Shown piece after piece: positions 35,136-57,962 of a DNA stretch of 64,000 nt. This DNA comes from the human T2T-CHM13v2.0 reference genome, Homo sapiens, in NCBI RefSeq assembly GCF_009914755.1, contig NC_060947.1. One strand, given 5' to 3'. A model generated the notes under the pieces. The model worked only from the letters and a program-made list of their open reading frames with translations. It had not been told where the DNA came from and did not search any database. A program made the position numbers and the translations under genes. Each line of letters starts with the position of its first letter. Position 1 is the stretch's first letter.

Positions 35136-35609
35136 TGAGCTCAAGCAATCTGCCCTCCTTGGCCTCCCAAAGTGTTGGATTTACAGGCGTGAGCCACTGT
35201 GCCTGGATATGGTAACTTTTTCATATGCTATTTGCTTGATGATTATTTTTCTGTTTCTGATATAATGCTTTTTATTAGAGAGTTATCTGTTTGTTTTTAT
35301 TTTTTAATGTTTGAATTTAAAAAATTAGTATAATTTGCATAATTGAAAAATTATATTTGAATAATTGAAATATATTTGTATAACCTTAAATTTAAAAACT
35401 ATGATAGCGTATACAGTGAAATTTTCCTCTCATCCCTTTTTTCCATTTAACCAGTGCACTTCCCAACAGCCAACAGATAATTTTAGTTTCCTCACTCCCT
35501 GAGCTATTTTATGTATATGCAAGTAGATATGTACATACATATTTCTGCCTTGTAACACAAATAGTAGCATACTATACAACTGCTCTGCTTCTTCCTTTTT
35601 TTAGCTAAG

Positions 35610-36250
35610 AATATTAAAAGAGTGAAAAAGATGTACGCTAACAAAAATCAAAAGAAAACTAGAGTGACATTATAAGAACTGATGATGTAGATTTCAGAGC
35701 AATGATTACTGCTAGGAAAAAAGGGTCATTTTACATTGATCAAAGAGGTCAACTCATCAGGAAGACATAATAATCCTAAACACTTATGTACTTAACAGAG
35801 CATCAAAATACATGAAGCATAAATGAAAGAACCGTGGGAGAAAGTAGACAAATTAATGACTGTAGTTGAAGATTTCAGTATCCCTCTATGAAAATCAGGG
35901 TAGTACAAGTACACAGAAAATTGGTAAAGATATATGACTTGAACAACATTATCAACCAAATTGACCTCATTTACATTTGTGGAATGTTCCAACTAAGAAC
36001 GTCAGAAAACATACTCTTTTCAAGTGCACATGGAACATTTACCAAGATAGACAATATTTTGGGTCACCGCAAGTCTCAACACATTGAAAGGATTCAGATC
36101 ATATAAAGTATGCTCCATGACCATGATGGAATTGAATTAGAAACCAATAATGTATCTCTGGAAAATACACAAATATTTGGAAATTAATATGCCTTCTAAA
36201 AAATTTATGCATCAAGAAGAAATCAAAAGGGATATTTGAAAGTACTATGA
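35610..36250 (+). mobile_element. L1M ORF2 endonuclease-region remnant
   Basis: ORF 35888..36106 reads DLNNIINQIDL...FSSAHGTFTKIDNILGH, typical of L1 ORF2p. Confidence 0.85.
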
Positions 36251-36372
36251 ACTGATGGCCAGGCATGGTGGCTCACGCCTGTAATCCCAGCACTTTGGGA
36301 GGCCGAGAAAGATGGATGAAGTCAGGAGTTCAAGACCAGCCTGGGCAACATGGCAGAACCCCGTCTCTACTA

Positions 36373-36771
<399 letters not shown>

Positions 36772-37563
36772 CTAACTCACCATTTAGTAACCATAGTAGT
36801 AATAACTGATTTGGGCAAGAGTCATCAATGGGTGAAAGCTTGATGAGGAATAGGATACTTATATACCCCCAAACAAAGCCACAAATTATTAATAACAAAG
36901 GGGAAAGTAGTAATTTTACAATGGCAAGACACCACTGTAAACGGATAATGAAAGAACATCAACAATAATGGGAAAAAAATGATGCAATTTACCTCCTGCT
37001 ATGCTGCTCTGAGAACAAGCATAATTTCTGTGGTAGTCCTCCAAAAATGCATAACCTGAGTCTGTTCGTGGGGAGGCATCAGATAAACCCAAATTGAGGG
37101 ACATTGTACAAAACAACTGGCCTATATGCATCAAAAATGCCAATGTCACAAAGTCTGGGGAACTCTCCCCAGTTCAGGAGACAATTAAATGTAATGTGTG
37201 ATCCTGGACTGTGAAAAAAGTAACTATAAAGGATGGTATTGAAACAGTTGTCAAGATTGGAGTATAGTAGTAACAAATCAAGGCTAAATTTTCTTATTGT
37301 ACTGTCGTGTGTAAAAGAATGTCTTTGTTAGAAAATACACACTGAAATATCCACAGGTGAAGGAGAACAATAGCTCCAATTTACAAATGCTTCTGAAAAA
37401 ATATATATATACACACACACATACAGAGAGAAGGCAAGTGATAAAGCAAGTGGGGCAAGTTTTTTTAAACTGGTGAATCTGGGTAAAGGATATTCAGGAA
37501 TTCTTTGTACTATTGTTGCAACATTTCTGTAAGTTTGAAATTTAAAGTTTAAAAAGAAAGAGA

Positions 37564-38805
<1,242 letters not shown>

Positions 38806-39869
38806 TGCACTCTTTTATGTATTTTTATACTTTTGAAATGTTCTATAATATTTTTGAAATGTTCTATAATAAGAGAATATTGTGAAGACTTTATAGAAAT
38901 ACATTTGAGAACCTAAATAGAGTAAATTACTAGAATCAAACTAAGGAAAAAATGGAAAATCTGAAAAAAATGCAATAATCATTAAAGAGATTGAATTGTC
39001 ATTTGAAAGTCTGTCCTCACAAAAGACCTCCTTCCTCTACTGTGGTCAGCATCTTTGGCATACATGAGATAAAATGTATGGTCCAGTCCAGCCTCTAAGC
39101 CTGTGCAATTCATTCAGTCATTCAGCAAATATCTATTGAATACTACGTATGGGCCAGGCACTCTTCTGGCTACCGGGGATACATAAGTGAACAACAACAA
39201 CAACAACAACAACAAAGGAAAAATGTCTCTAATTTTGTGGCACTTAATATACAACAAATAATAATGAATAAGTGATATATAGTATGTTAGGAGGAGAACA
39301 TTACTATGGAAAAATAGAGGAGGATAAAGGAGACTGAGAGGCAGAAGGATGGGCCAGTTTGTAATTTGAAAGGCAAGGTTGTAGGCAAGGTTCAGATTGG
39401 AACACTGAAACACGGATTTCCCACAGAAATGAACAGGTCTCCTTGGAGAGATGGCTAATTCAAGGTCTGGGTCAAGAAGTGTACAGGAAGAGCCTGGAAC
39501 GTTTTGTTGCACCAAAAAGATAAAACAGAACAAAACAAAACTCGGTTAATTAGTTACTGTTGGAAGATGCTAGCAAGCCAGTTCTTTAGTGATTTTTAAA
39601 AGACAGATAATTATAAGGAAACTTTTTAATAAACAAGCATTTATACTGTTTTCGACACAGACTACCACTGACTACTCAAATAATACATGAGGGGATATTT
39701 CTTTTTATGGAAGTATTCTGGCTAATAAGAAGAATAGAATTAATCACCAGTGGCTGCCAGCACCACAAAAAGAGATACAACTAGATCTTATGTGTTTTAC
39801 AATTTTTTTATATTTGGGGGGCTGGTCTCTTATATGTCTCTTTTGGAGAAACAGCCCACCACCTGGATT

Positions 39870-40632
<763 letters not shown>

Positions 40633-40650
40633 CACCTATGAAGTATTCTT

Positions 40651-41028
40651 TTTATTTTTCTCCTCAGCTTTTATTTTAAGTTCTGGGGTACATGTTTAGG
40701 ACGTGCAGTTTGTTACATAAGTAAACGTGCCATGGTGGTTTGCTGCACAGATCAACCCATCACCTAGGTATTAAGCCCAGCATCCATTAGCTATTTTTTT
40801 CTGATGCTCTCCCACCACCCGCCCCGCCCCCGACAGGCCCCAGTGTGTGTTGTTCCCCTCCCTGTGTCCATGTGTTCTCATTGTTCAGCTCCCACCTATA
40901 AGTGAGAACATGCAGTGTTTGGTTTTCTGTTCCTGCATTTGTTTGCTGAGGATAACAGCTTCCAGCTCCATCCATGTCCCTGCAAAGGACATGATCTTCT
41001 TCTTCTTTTTTATGGCTGCATAGTATTC
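40651..41028 (-). mobile_element. 5'-truncated L1PA 3' end with TSD
   Basis: L1PA 3' UTR motifs; TSD TGAAGTATTCTT at 40639-40650 and 41029-41040. Confidence 0.85.
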
Positions 41029-41681
41029 TGAAGTATTCTTGACAAAAAGAAAAAATCAACCTGAATCTATTCAAGCCTCTAGAGTCAACTAAAAATTTAC
41101 AGAAAATACAGGAGACTGAGTAACGTGTTAAATGACATCACAGGGATGCAATTAGCCAACTCCAGACTATGGGAAACTCTACAGGACAAACTACCTGGTA
41201 TCTTCAACAAACAAACTGCAGGGAATAAAGACATGATGGAGGAACCTAGACTAAAAGAGACTTAAAGATGAACCAGTAGCTATGTTTGGACCTCATTTGG
41301 ATCCCAATTCAAACAAACTTTAAAATACACACCCATTTATGACACTTATGAGACAATTGGAGATTTGAACACTGACTTGAATATCCATTGATATTAAGGA
41401 ATTATTTTTGAAAATGTGGAATAATACTAAGGCTATGGTTTTTTTTAGAGAGTCCTTATCTTTTAGAAACATATACTAAATTTGCAGATAAAAATGACTT
41501 GATGTTGGGGATTTGTTTCAAAATAATATGGGAGTTGGGGGATGTGGGTGCAGATATGGCTGTGACAAGATGGTTCATGGGCTGATAATTGTTGAAGCTG
41601 GGTGATGGGTACATGTGGGAGTTCATGATACTATATTTTTATGTGTTTCAATCTTTCCATAATAAAATTTTTTTTTAGAAA

Positions 41682-41763
41682 AAAGAAAGAAAGGAAAGAA
41701 GGAAAGAAAGAAAAGAAAGAAAGAAAGAAAAAGAAAAGAAAGAAAGAAAGAAAGAAAAAGAAA

Positions 41764-41827
<64 letters not shown>

Positions 41828-41828
41828 A
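41682..41828 (+). repeat. Complex STR with DXS10101 structure: [AAAG]3 GAAAGAAG [GAAA]3 A [GAAA]4 AAGA [AAAG]5 AAAAAGAA [AAAG]16 AA
   Basis: Parsed directly from sequence; matches the recalled DXS10101 motif and its linkage to HPRTB. Confidence 0.85.
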
Positions 41829-41939
41829 AATACGGTATCAGGATAAGCCTAAATAAGAAGGTGACATTTGCTGTGGATCGTTCAGCATGTACAGGGCCCC
41901 TGTCACCATCTGGCTTTAAAAATACTAAAAAATAAATCT

Positions 41940-42985
<1,046 letters not shown>

Positions 42986-43487
42986 GGTTTATAATATGTG
43001 ACAAACTATGTTTTGTAAGCAAAGGAATAATAAACACAAAAGCCGGGATAGTGTTTCTTGGGGGAGGTAGGTGCAGGTGGTAGAGGCAGGGGCAATGAGA
43101 TGTGGAAGAACACAGGTTGAACTAAAGGTATTTCCTAAGAGCCTACTTTGGAGGTTGGGTGTTGTGGTAGATTTTTTTTCTCACTGTTGCCTAGGCTGGA
43201 GTGCAGTGGGACAATCACAGCTCACTGCAGCCTTGACCTCCCAGACTCAAGCAATCCTCCCATCTCAGCCTCCTGAGTGGCTGGGACCACAGGCAGGCAC
43301 CATCGTGCCTGGCTACTTTTTTTCTTCTTGTATTCTTTTGTAGAGACGGGGTTTTGCTATACTGCCCAGGCTGGTCTTCAACTCCTAGGCTCAAGTGATC
43401 CTCCTGCCTTGGCCTCCCAAAGAGCTGAAATTACAGGCATGAACTACCACACCCAGCTGGTTTTTATTTTTTTATTTTCATTTTTAG

Positions 43488-43649
<162 letters not shown>

Positions 43650-43799
43650 TAACAAGGAGAGCAGGCAGTGAAGTGCTATTCAGCAATGTTTTAATTAGAA
43701 AGGAAATGGGCAGGGCAGAGATACAGATAAATTGCTGTTTTACCATCTTGCCCAACACGGTTGTAATCAAGCCTACACAAGTATAAAGGTCATTAGCCA

Positions 43800-45430
<1,631 letters not shown>

Positions 45431-45434
45431 ATTT

Positions 45435-45730
45435 TTTTCATCAACTTTTATTTTAAGTTCCAGGGTACATATGCAGGATGTGCAGGCTGGTTACAGAGGT
45501 CAACATGTGCCATGGTGATTTGCTGCACAGATCTTCCCATCACCTAGGTATTAAGCCCCGCATTAGCTGTTCTTCCTGATGCGCGCCCTTCCCAGCCCCC
45601 CCGACAGGCCCCAGTGTGTGTTGTTCCCCTCCCTGGGTCAATGTGTTCTCATTGTTCAACTCCCACTCATAAGTGAAAACATGCCATGTTTGGTTTTTTG
45701 TTCCTGCATTAGTTTGCTGAGGATAATGGC
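45435..45730 (-). mobile_element. 5'-truncated L1PA 3' end
   Basis: L1PA 3' UTR motifs. Confidence 0.8.
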
Positions 45731-46076
45731 TTTGAAATCTAAAGTATGCTCTCTGATCACGGTGAAATTAAATCATAAATCAACAAAATAGAAAAAAATT
45801 CCCACATTGTAGTAAGTCAACTAATACTTCCATGCAACTCATGGATCAAAGGAGAAATTAAATGATAAATTAGATTTACAAATAAATAAAATGCTGTACT
45901 TATGTTGCTATTTCCTGATTTTACATTTTATTTTTTTATTTATTTTTAATTTTTAATTTTTTTTTTTGAGACAGGGTCTCACTCTGTCACCTAGGCTGGA
46001 GTACAGTGGCATGATCTTGCCTCAGTGGAACCTCTGTCTCCTGGGTTCAAGCAATTCTCCTACCTCAGCCTCCTAA

Positions 46077-46262
<186 letters not shown>

Positions 46263-46720
46263 TAAATATTACCAATTGACTGGCAAATATTGAAGATGAG
46301 GATTTAACTGTCATATAGGCACACACACATTTATCCTCTTTCCATCCTCCCAACAAAGTTTTAGCAAGTTTTGCTTAATTTACATTTGGTGTTTTCATTA
46401 AAATGACTAAATAAACATTGTTCTCTGCTGAGTGAGGTACTGTACTATGATAACATATCCTCTGTTGTACATTGTTTTGCTTTTCTTGTCTCCGCCCACC
46501 GCTTCCCTCTCTGTCTCACTCTCTTTCCAAATACCAATGAAGGCAATGTAAGGATATAATCATGAAGAGGGCCTTCACCACGAACTATGCTTTGCTCTGA
46601 TCTTGGCCCTCTAGCATCCAGAACTGTGAAAAATAAGTTGTTTAAGCCATTATGTCTACGGCATTCTATTATACCAGCCCCAAACCACTGACACGGTGTC
46701 TTAAATCTTTATGTGTTTGA

Positions 46721-47458
<738 letters not shown>

Positions 47459-47489
47459 TTATTTTTCTTTTAATAATTTTTTTTTTCTT

Positions 47490-47629
47490 ACAAACCCTTG
47501 TGTCAAAGGCTGACTCTCCATAGATCACAGTGAGAGAACTGCCCCGCTGTGGATGAAACCCTCACACAGAAGCAGGTCATCTACAAATGCTTTAGCGCCA
47601 GGTTTTGCACAAACATGCATTGCATGACG
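47490..47629 (-). pseudogene. 28S (LSU) rRNA 3'-terminal fragment retrocopy
   Basis: ACAAACCCTTGTGTC...CAGAAGCAGGTC.TCTAC.AATG.TTTAGCGCCAGGTT is a diverged reverse complement of the 28S 3' end; adjacent T-run 47477-47489 would be the poly(A) tail. Confidence 0.9.
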
Positions 47630-49356
47630 TAGACATTAGATTTTATTTTAAATAAATAGTTTGAAGCCCAGGATATTGTTGTATTCCTCCAAAGAATACT
47701 TGTACTTTTATCCTCAGGTGTCTGGGGCTACTAGCTATCTGAAATCAACTGAATTTAATTTCAGGGTATGAGATTTTTCTGGGTTACTCGGATGAATGGA
47801 ATGCAGGCTACAATGCATGTGAGAGCTAGTTTACTTCCAAGTCATCTTTACTCCTAGGGTAGAGTGTTTCAGGATACCACCCCAAAGTAGGGATGGTTTC
47901 CCAGAGTCTCCATTATTTATTTATTTATTGAGAGACGGGGGTCTCCATATATTGCCCAGGCTGGTTTCGAACTCCTGAGCTCAAGCAATCCTCCTGCCTC
48001 GGCCTCCCCAAATATCTGGACTATGGGCATGAGCCACCGCACTCAGCCAGAGTCTCCATTTTTGACTGACCCTGGACCCTGGCTTTTGTTCCCTATCTCT
48101 GAGCAAAAGTGATGCCCAAGATTTGGATTCATCTCTCTGGGTTCTTGCCCTCTTTGGAGCTCGATGCACTACCTTCTCACTGTCTTGTTAAGTATTTTAT
48201 ACTTTTGAGGATATTTGTAAATGATTTTGTCCACCTTCTCTGATATTTTTAGCAGTAGTGTTAGTCCAAATTACCTAGCCTGCGATTTACAAAAGCTGGT
48301 GTCTCTCCCTCATTTTGCATTCACCCTCCAGTAGCTTCCTGAGAAAGAGTACAATAAAAGGAATTTCTGAGACTGTGCATGTTTGAAAGTGTTTATATTC
48401 AAGCTTCACACTTAATTGTTGGTTTGGCCAGGTATAGAATTCTCTGTTAGATGTTAATTTTCCTTCAGAATATTGAAGGCATTGCTTCCTTATCTTCTGT
48501 CTGCCAACACAGTATTTCTCTGGAAAAATCCAAAGCTATTCTGATTCCTGATCCTTTGTGTATAACCTATTTTTCCTTCCGGAATCTCTTAGAATATTTT
48601 CTTTTTCTTTTCTTTTCTTCTTTCTTTCTTTTTTTTTCTTTTTCTTTTTTTTTTTTTTTTTTTTTTTTTTGAGATGGAGTCTTGCTCTGTTGCCCAAGCT
48701 GGAGTGCAGTGGCACAATCTTGGCTCACTGCAACCTCCGCCTTCCAGGTTCAAGCGATTCTCCTGCCCTTAGCCTCACGAGTAGCTGGAATTACAGGTGT
48801 ACACCACTACGCCCAGCTAATATTTGTAGTTTTGGTCGAGACGGGGTTTTGGAATCTTATTTAAATTCTTGTTTTTGAAATGTACACAAAAGGTGACTTG
48901 ATGTGGGCTTTCTTCATTCACTCTGTTGGGCACGCAGTGTTTTTATTATTTGAAAACTGGAACTTTATGTCTTTCAGCTTTGGATATTTTAATGTATCAT
49001 TTCTTTGATAATATTCTCTCACTTTTTTCTTACCCCCTTTCTGGCACTCTTACATCACATCTGGAACAATCCTCTAATGTCCTTTTCCTTTTCCGGTCTG
49101 TTTTACTGTTCTTTGCCTTTTTTGTTCTGCTCTCTGAGTGGTATCTTGAACCTTTAATTTCCTAGAGCTCTTTCTTGTTCTTTAAATGCCCCTTTTTTTT
49201 TCTTCTTGGTGAATAAATAAATTATCTTATGCCTCTGAGAATATTGTGGATTTCTAAGAATTGCTCTTTGTTGTTTGCATTGTTTCTTTTTCATCTGAGT
49301 TTCTTTTTTTCTATTTGTTTGTTTCAACCTTACAGGCTTTTTATTAGTGTCTTGGC

Positions 49357-49527
49357 CAGAGCCAGGAGTAGGGTGAGGCAAGCAGAGAGCCCAGGGTGCA
49401 AAATGTCAGGGGTCCCTCAGGCTCAGGTCCTGCAAGTGCAGGGTTGGCAATTGAGAGTGAAAGCCTCCTTACGTTTTGCACTCAGAGTGCATTGCTTACC
49501 TCACTGATGTCCTAGCCCTGGGCCCTG
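49357..49527. mobile_element. Palindromic hAT MITE (MER96-like)
   Basis: TIRs CAGAGCC/GGCCCTG, internal inverted symmetry, 8-bp TSD GTCTTGGC/ATCTTGGC. Confidence 0.7.
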
Positions 49528-50739
49528 ATCTTGGCTGTCCATACTTAGGGTTGAGATATCCATAAGATGACTGGAAGTTCTGTGGCATGAATGGGGCCTG
49601 TCCGCCGGCTTCACTCTAAAATGATTGGACCATGCTGGGCGCGGTGGCTCACGCCTGTAATCCCAGCACTTTGGGAGACCGAGGTGAGTGGATTGCTTGA
49701 GCTCAGGAGTTCCATACCAGCCTGGGCAACGTAATGAGACCTCATCTCTACAAAAAACACAAAAATTAGCCTTGCATGGTGGCGCGTGCCTGTAGTCCCA
49801 GCTACTCAGGAAGCTGAGAGGGGAGGATCGCCTGAGCCCAGGAGTTCGAGGCTGCAGTGACCCCAGATTGCACCACTGCACTCTAGCCTGGGTGACAGAA
49901 GGGGACCCTGTCTCAAAAATAAAACAAAATAAAAATAAAATAAAATAATTGGACCAGAACACAGACATTTAATTATGGCATCTCCAAATGTAGACTATCT
50001 TAGTTTGGGTTCCTTTCAAAGCAGAGGCTGAGAAGAGGATTTGAGAACAGGTGGTTTATCTGGGAGTTGGTCCTGGGAAATTGGGGAGAGGGAGCCAAGA
50101 GAGTGAGACGGGGAAAGAGGAAAAGCCAGTAAAAAGGTGCATTATGAATGAGGTCATCCCTGTAGGAAACAGGAGGCTTCCTTGGAAACATCCACAAGGC
50201 TTTCAGAATTGTCCACTGAAGAACAGGAAGCCAGAGCCTTTAAACCAAAGCCCCCACCCCCATCATGGAGGCTTCTCCCTGGGATGAAGGGAGAATGGTT
50301 TAGTCTGCTGTTAAAAGTCAGCCAGTTAAGAGAAGGCCTTGAAACTGAAAGCAGAAAGAGACTTAATGCTCCCTCAAGGGCAAACGCTGTGCTGCCTGCA
50401 TGAGGTCAGGCTGATCTTGTAGAAGACAGTGCACTTCAGCAGCTGAAATCGGTGGGGCTCAAGGGGAAGGGACAAGAGGTACTAGAGACATCTGCTACGG
50501 AGAGTAAAAGCCAGCCTACTCCTCAGGGCAATAAGGTGGTTTCCAGGGAGCTCAATGGGGAAGGGCAGCAGGGGTGGGGATGGTGGGGTTGTCATGCGTT
50601 TAGACTTTTACTAATTGTCCCGGTTTTCATTTGACACGTCATTCCCATCCTCAGCTGTGTTAACTGTGACTAGGATCGGGTGTTCTAGAATTCATACTAG
50701 TCCCACCCACTCTGCATATTGATGGCCTTCTCAGCCCAC

Positions 50740-52320
<1,581 letters not shown>

Positions 52321-52355
52321 CTTGGTTTTGTTTTGTTTGTTTGTTTGTTTTTTAG

Positions 52356-52514
<159 letters not shown>

Positions 52515-52759
52515 TAGTAGAGATGGGGTTTCCCCATGTTGCCCAGGCTGGTCTTGAACGCCTGACCTAAGCAATCTGCCACCTTGGCCTCTCAAAGTGC
52601 TGGGATTACAGGCGTGAGCCACTGTGTCCAGCCATTTATTATTTTTATATAAGTATTTTAAAAATATTTAATATTTTAATTTAAATATTTAATTTCTTAA
52701 ATTAATTATTTAAATTAATTGACCCTTCCAACATATATTTATTTTTCCCCATTTCTTCT

Positions 52760-53260
52760 TACTGTGGTTATATTTATATGGCATACAATTGACCATTTTA
52801 ACCATTTTTAAGTATACAGTTCCCTGACATTAAGCACATTAACATTGTTGTGCAACCAGCACCACCATCCATCTCCAGAACCTTCCCATCATCCCAAATT
52901 AAAATTCTATACATATTAAACACTAACTCTATTCTCCCTCCTACCCCAGCCCCTGGCAAGAACCACTCTACTTTCTGTCTCTATGAGTTGTGCTACTCAT
53001 ATGGGGACATAACTCTTATAAGTTGAATCATGCGATATTTGTCCTTTTGGTTCTGGATTATTTTACTTAGCATAATGTCCTCAAGGTTCATCCACCTTGT
53101 AGCATGTCTCAGTTTCCTTCCTTTCCAAGGCTGAATAATATTCCATTGTATGGATATTTGGTTCATCCATTCACCCATCAATGGACATTTGGTTTGCTTC
53201 CACTTTTTGGCTAATGGGAATCGTGCTGCTATGAACACCGGCATACAAACATCTGTTATA
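52760..53260 (-). mobile_element. L1MB-like 3' end
   Basis: ORF 52993..53244(-) MPVFIAARFPLAKKWKQTKCP is L1 ORF2 C-terminus-like. Confidence 0.8.
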
Positions 53261-53934
53261 GAGCTTAATATCGCATCAGATTTATGCTACAACAAATGAT
53301 AAATCCACATTGGCAAAATGTCATCAAAATGTATACATTAAATATGTGCAATTTTGTATATCAATTATACCTCAATAAAGCTGAAAAAATTAATACGGGC
53401 AAGAGGGAGTGTTCTGCTTATCAATTGTGACATAACAAACCACACCCAAACTTAGTTTGTTAAAACAACAATGATCATTTCTTTTGCTCACAAATCGGCA
53501 GTTTGGGAGGGGTGACTTGCGATATCCGGGATCTTAACTGGAATGACCTTCACCGCTGAGGGCTGAAACAGTTAGGGGCTGCCCAGCAGCTCCTTCTCTC
53601 CAAATCGTAGTCTCAGGACCTCTCCATGCCATTGCTTCATGTGGTTTCTCCAGCATGATGCCCGTTGAGTAGGTGGATGCCCACGTGGAAGCTCAAGGCT
53701 CCAAGAAGCCAGTGGAAGCTACTAGGCCACTTTGGCCACATTGGGCAGCGAGTCACTGAAGCCAGCCTAAATTTAAGAGGAGGGGATGCAGACCCCATGT
53801 CTCTATGGGAGGAATGTCAAAGAATTTGTGGCCATCTTTAATCCACCGGAGGGAGGTCTGTTTGTCTTGCAGGTGCTCCACTCTAAAGAATATGAGTATC
53901 TCAGGCAAACAGAGCTGCCCAGGTTGAGTGCCAG

Positions 53935-54955
53935 TAAAACTGCCTTTGCAAAATTATAACTGAGGAAATTATGACAGTGAAAGAAATCAGACCTAACCAA
54001 CTGCATCTTGCTTCTAACCTTTAAGCTGTCCTTGTTCATTCCTAGGCATAGGCCAAACTAACTTTGGGAAGGAATTCAGTTCATGGTTTGACTCTGAAAC
54101 AAAATTGATAATATCCCTTTCCCAAAAAGACCCCTTCTTGCCTGGAGACCAGTCTGCCTTTGCAAGACTAACAAATTAGCTACAAGATTAGAAATTACAT
54201 TTGGGGGTCATGCAGCCTCTGGCTCCAAGAGTCTGAACCTCCCCAAATTGGTCCTGGGGATAACGTCACTATTGTAAAACCTAAGATGAGTGCTTGAGCT
54301 ATTTTGCAGACCCTGCACTCAATGGATCAGCTGGCACCACCCAGACCAGTAATCTGGCTCAACCAGTTCTGCCATCACACCCAGGAACAGAAGACAGCAA
54401 GAAAAACACACCTCGACCCCCTATGATTCTATCTTCAACCTGACCAATCAGCACTCCCCACTTCCCAAGACCCTACCTGCCGAATTATCTTTAAAAACTC
54501 TGATCCTTGGCTGGGCATGGTGGCTCACGCCTGTAATCCCAGCAATTTGGGAAGCTGAGGCAGGCAGATCACCTGAGGTTAGGAGTTTGAGACCAGCCTG
54601 GTCAATATGGTGAAACCTCATCTCTACCAAAAATGTAAAAATTAGCTGGGCATGGTGGCAGGCGCCTGTAATCCCAGCTACTCAGAAGTTGAGGCAGGAG
54701 AACTGCTTGAACCGGGAGGCGGAGGTTGCAGTGCCTGGGTGACAGAATGAGACTCCATCTCAAAAAACAAACAAACAAATAAACAAAAACTCTGATCCCC
54801 GAGTGCTTGGGGAGACTGATTTGGGTAATAATAAAACTCCGGTCTCCCGCACAGCAGGCTCTGCGTGAATTGCTTTTTCTTCATTGCAATTCCTCTGTCT
54901 TGATAAATCGGCTCTGTCTAGGCAACGGGCATGGTGAACCCATTGGGTGGTTACA
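53935..54955 (+). mobile_element. Solo ERV1 LTR (LTR8A-like) with an inserted Alu (54509-54784)
   Basis: Starts TAAAACTGCCTTTGCAAAATTATAACTGAGG and ends GGTGGTTACA; flanks CCAG/CTAG; Alu TSD AAAAACTCTGATCC. Confidence 0.85.
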
Positions 54956-55439
54956 CTAGGAGCAGGAGTAGGATGAAGCCACAACTCTGGGGAGACAGAG
55001 GTAGAAGAGGAAGATGGAAGGGTGATAGGATGAGGGTGTTTTTTCTTTTGGTTTCCCCTGTGAGGTAGACTTTCACAAACTAAAGCCACTCTGAAAAGAA
55101 CCATGAAGCAACCCTTTGCTTCATCTGCTAGACCTGAGGTTTGTTCATGTTTGTCTTTGAATTCTTTCTGGTCCTGGACCAGGCCCGTGTGCCTTCCCAG
55201 TCCTGGAGGTGCATAACGGTGCTATTTTGCATACCCATGGTGTGAAATAAATGGAGATAATATCTGTGTCTTGTGACAGGCTGGACTGTGGCTTTAATGC
55301 TTCATGTGCCAGAGAGTGTGTGGGAGCCTGTTGCAGTTGAGTAGACAAGACTTTCCGGAGTTCTCTAAGGAATACGTTCAGTTCCAAGTGACAGAGCATG
55401 GAATTGCAACATAATACTGGTTTTTTAAAAAATGGGTTT

Positions 55440-56700
<1,261 letters not shown>

Positions 56701-57638
56701 GGTAGGTGGATTGGGGCAGGGAGAGGGAAGCCTTCTCTGCAGCTCACATTGTTCCTATCAGTGGCATGTGGACTCCATGTGCAGACATGTGTGGGTTCGA
56801 GGGGAGAGGAATCCAGTGCTAGGTCGGCCTCAAAGCCAAGCAGCAGTGCAGCACACGGGCAGAGGGCGAGAGAGTGGAGCAAGCCGGGAAGGCTGAACCA
56901 AAGGACCCAGCCAGGAAAGGATGGGAGGGCAGGAAGAGCTGGGCCTGGAACACTTCCTGGAAGCACTTTATTTTCCTCCCAAATTGGGTTTCCTTCCAGA
57001 GACCTTGATTCAGTAGGCCACCTTCTTCATGAGGGTATTTCAAAAATTGAACAAATCAGAGTGCCAGCCACTCTGGCCTTTTTGTAGTCACTGCTTCTAA
57101 CTTAGCCCAGCCTCAAATCTAGACATTTGTGAAAGATCATGTGATTCCTCTCCTGAAAATATTCAAAGCTCACCCCCCAGCCCTTGTTTATAGTAGTCCT
57201 CGGGCTAACATGCAAAGTCTCCCTCTTGTTTATAGCATAGTCCTTAGGCCAACATGTCAAGCCTCCCATGGTCTGGTGGGCAGCACTGTTCCAGTTGCAA
57301 GTGACAGAGACAGAGGCACAACTCAATGTGGTAGGGAAACACCACAAGAGCAGGGTCTTTGTCTCTTTTGTTCACCGCTCTTTTTCCATTCCTAGAATAG
57401 TGCCCAGCATTTAGAAAGTACTTGATAAGTTTTGCTGAATGAATAAATGAGACTAGCTTAAACAAAAGGGACAATATGTGCTCTGGTCACTGAGGGACAG
57501 GAGTGGAGCTGATGCGAGAACCACCTGGGTTCAAGGACTCAAGCAATGTCATTAGCTCTCTCTCTGTCTCTGTCTCTCTGTCTTTCGTCTCTCTCTTTTA
57601 TGTGCATGTTTTACTTTTTTATGTGCATGCTGTTCTCA

Positions 57639-57962
<324 letters not shown>

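Noticed and set aside
35888-36106. 72-aa ORF with endonuclease-like motifs
   Set aside because: Remnant of L1 ORF2p flanked by stops and frameshifts; not an intact gene
38831-38871. Perfect 20-bp direct repeat TTTTGAAATGTTCTATAATA x2
   Set aside because: Simple slippage duplication within an old repeat-derived region; no functional sign
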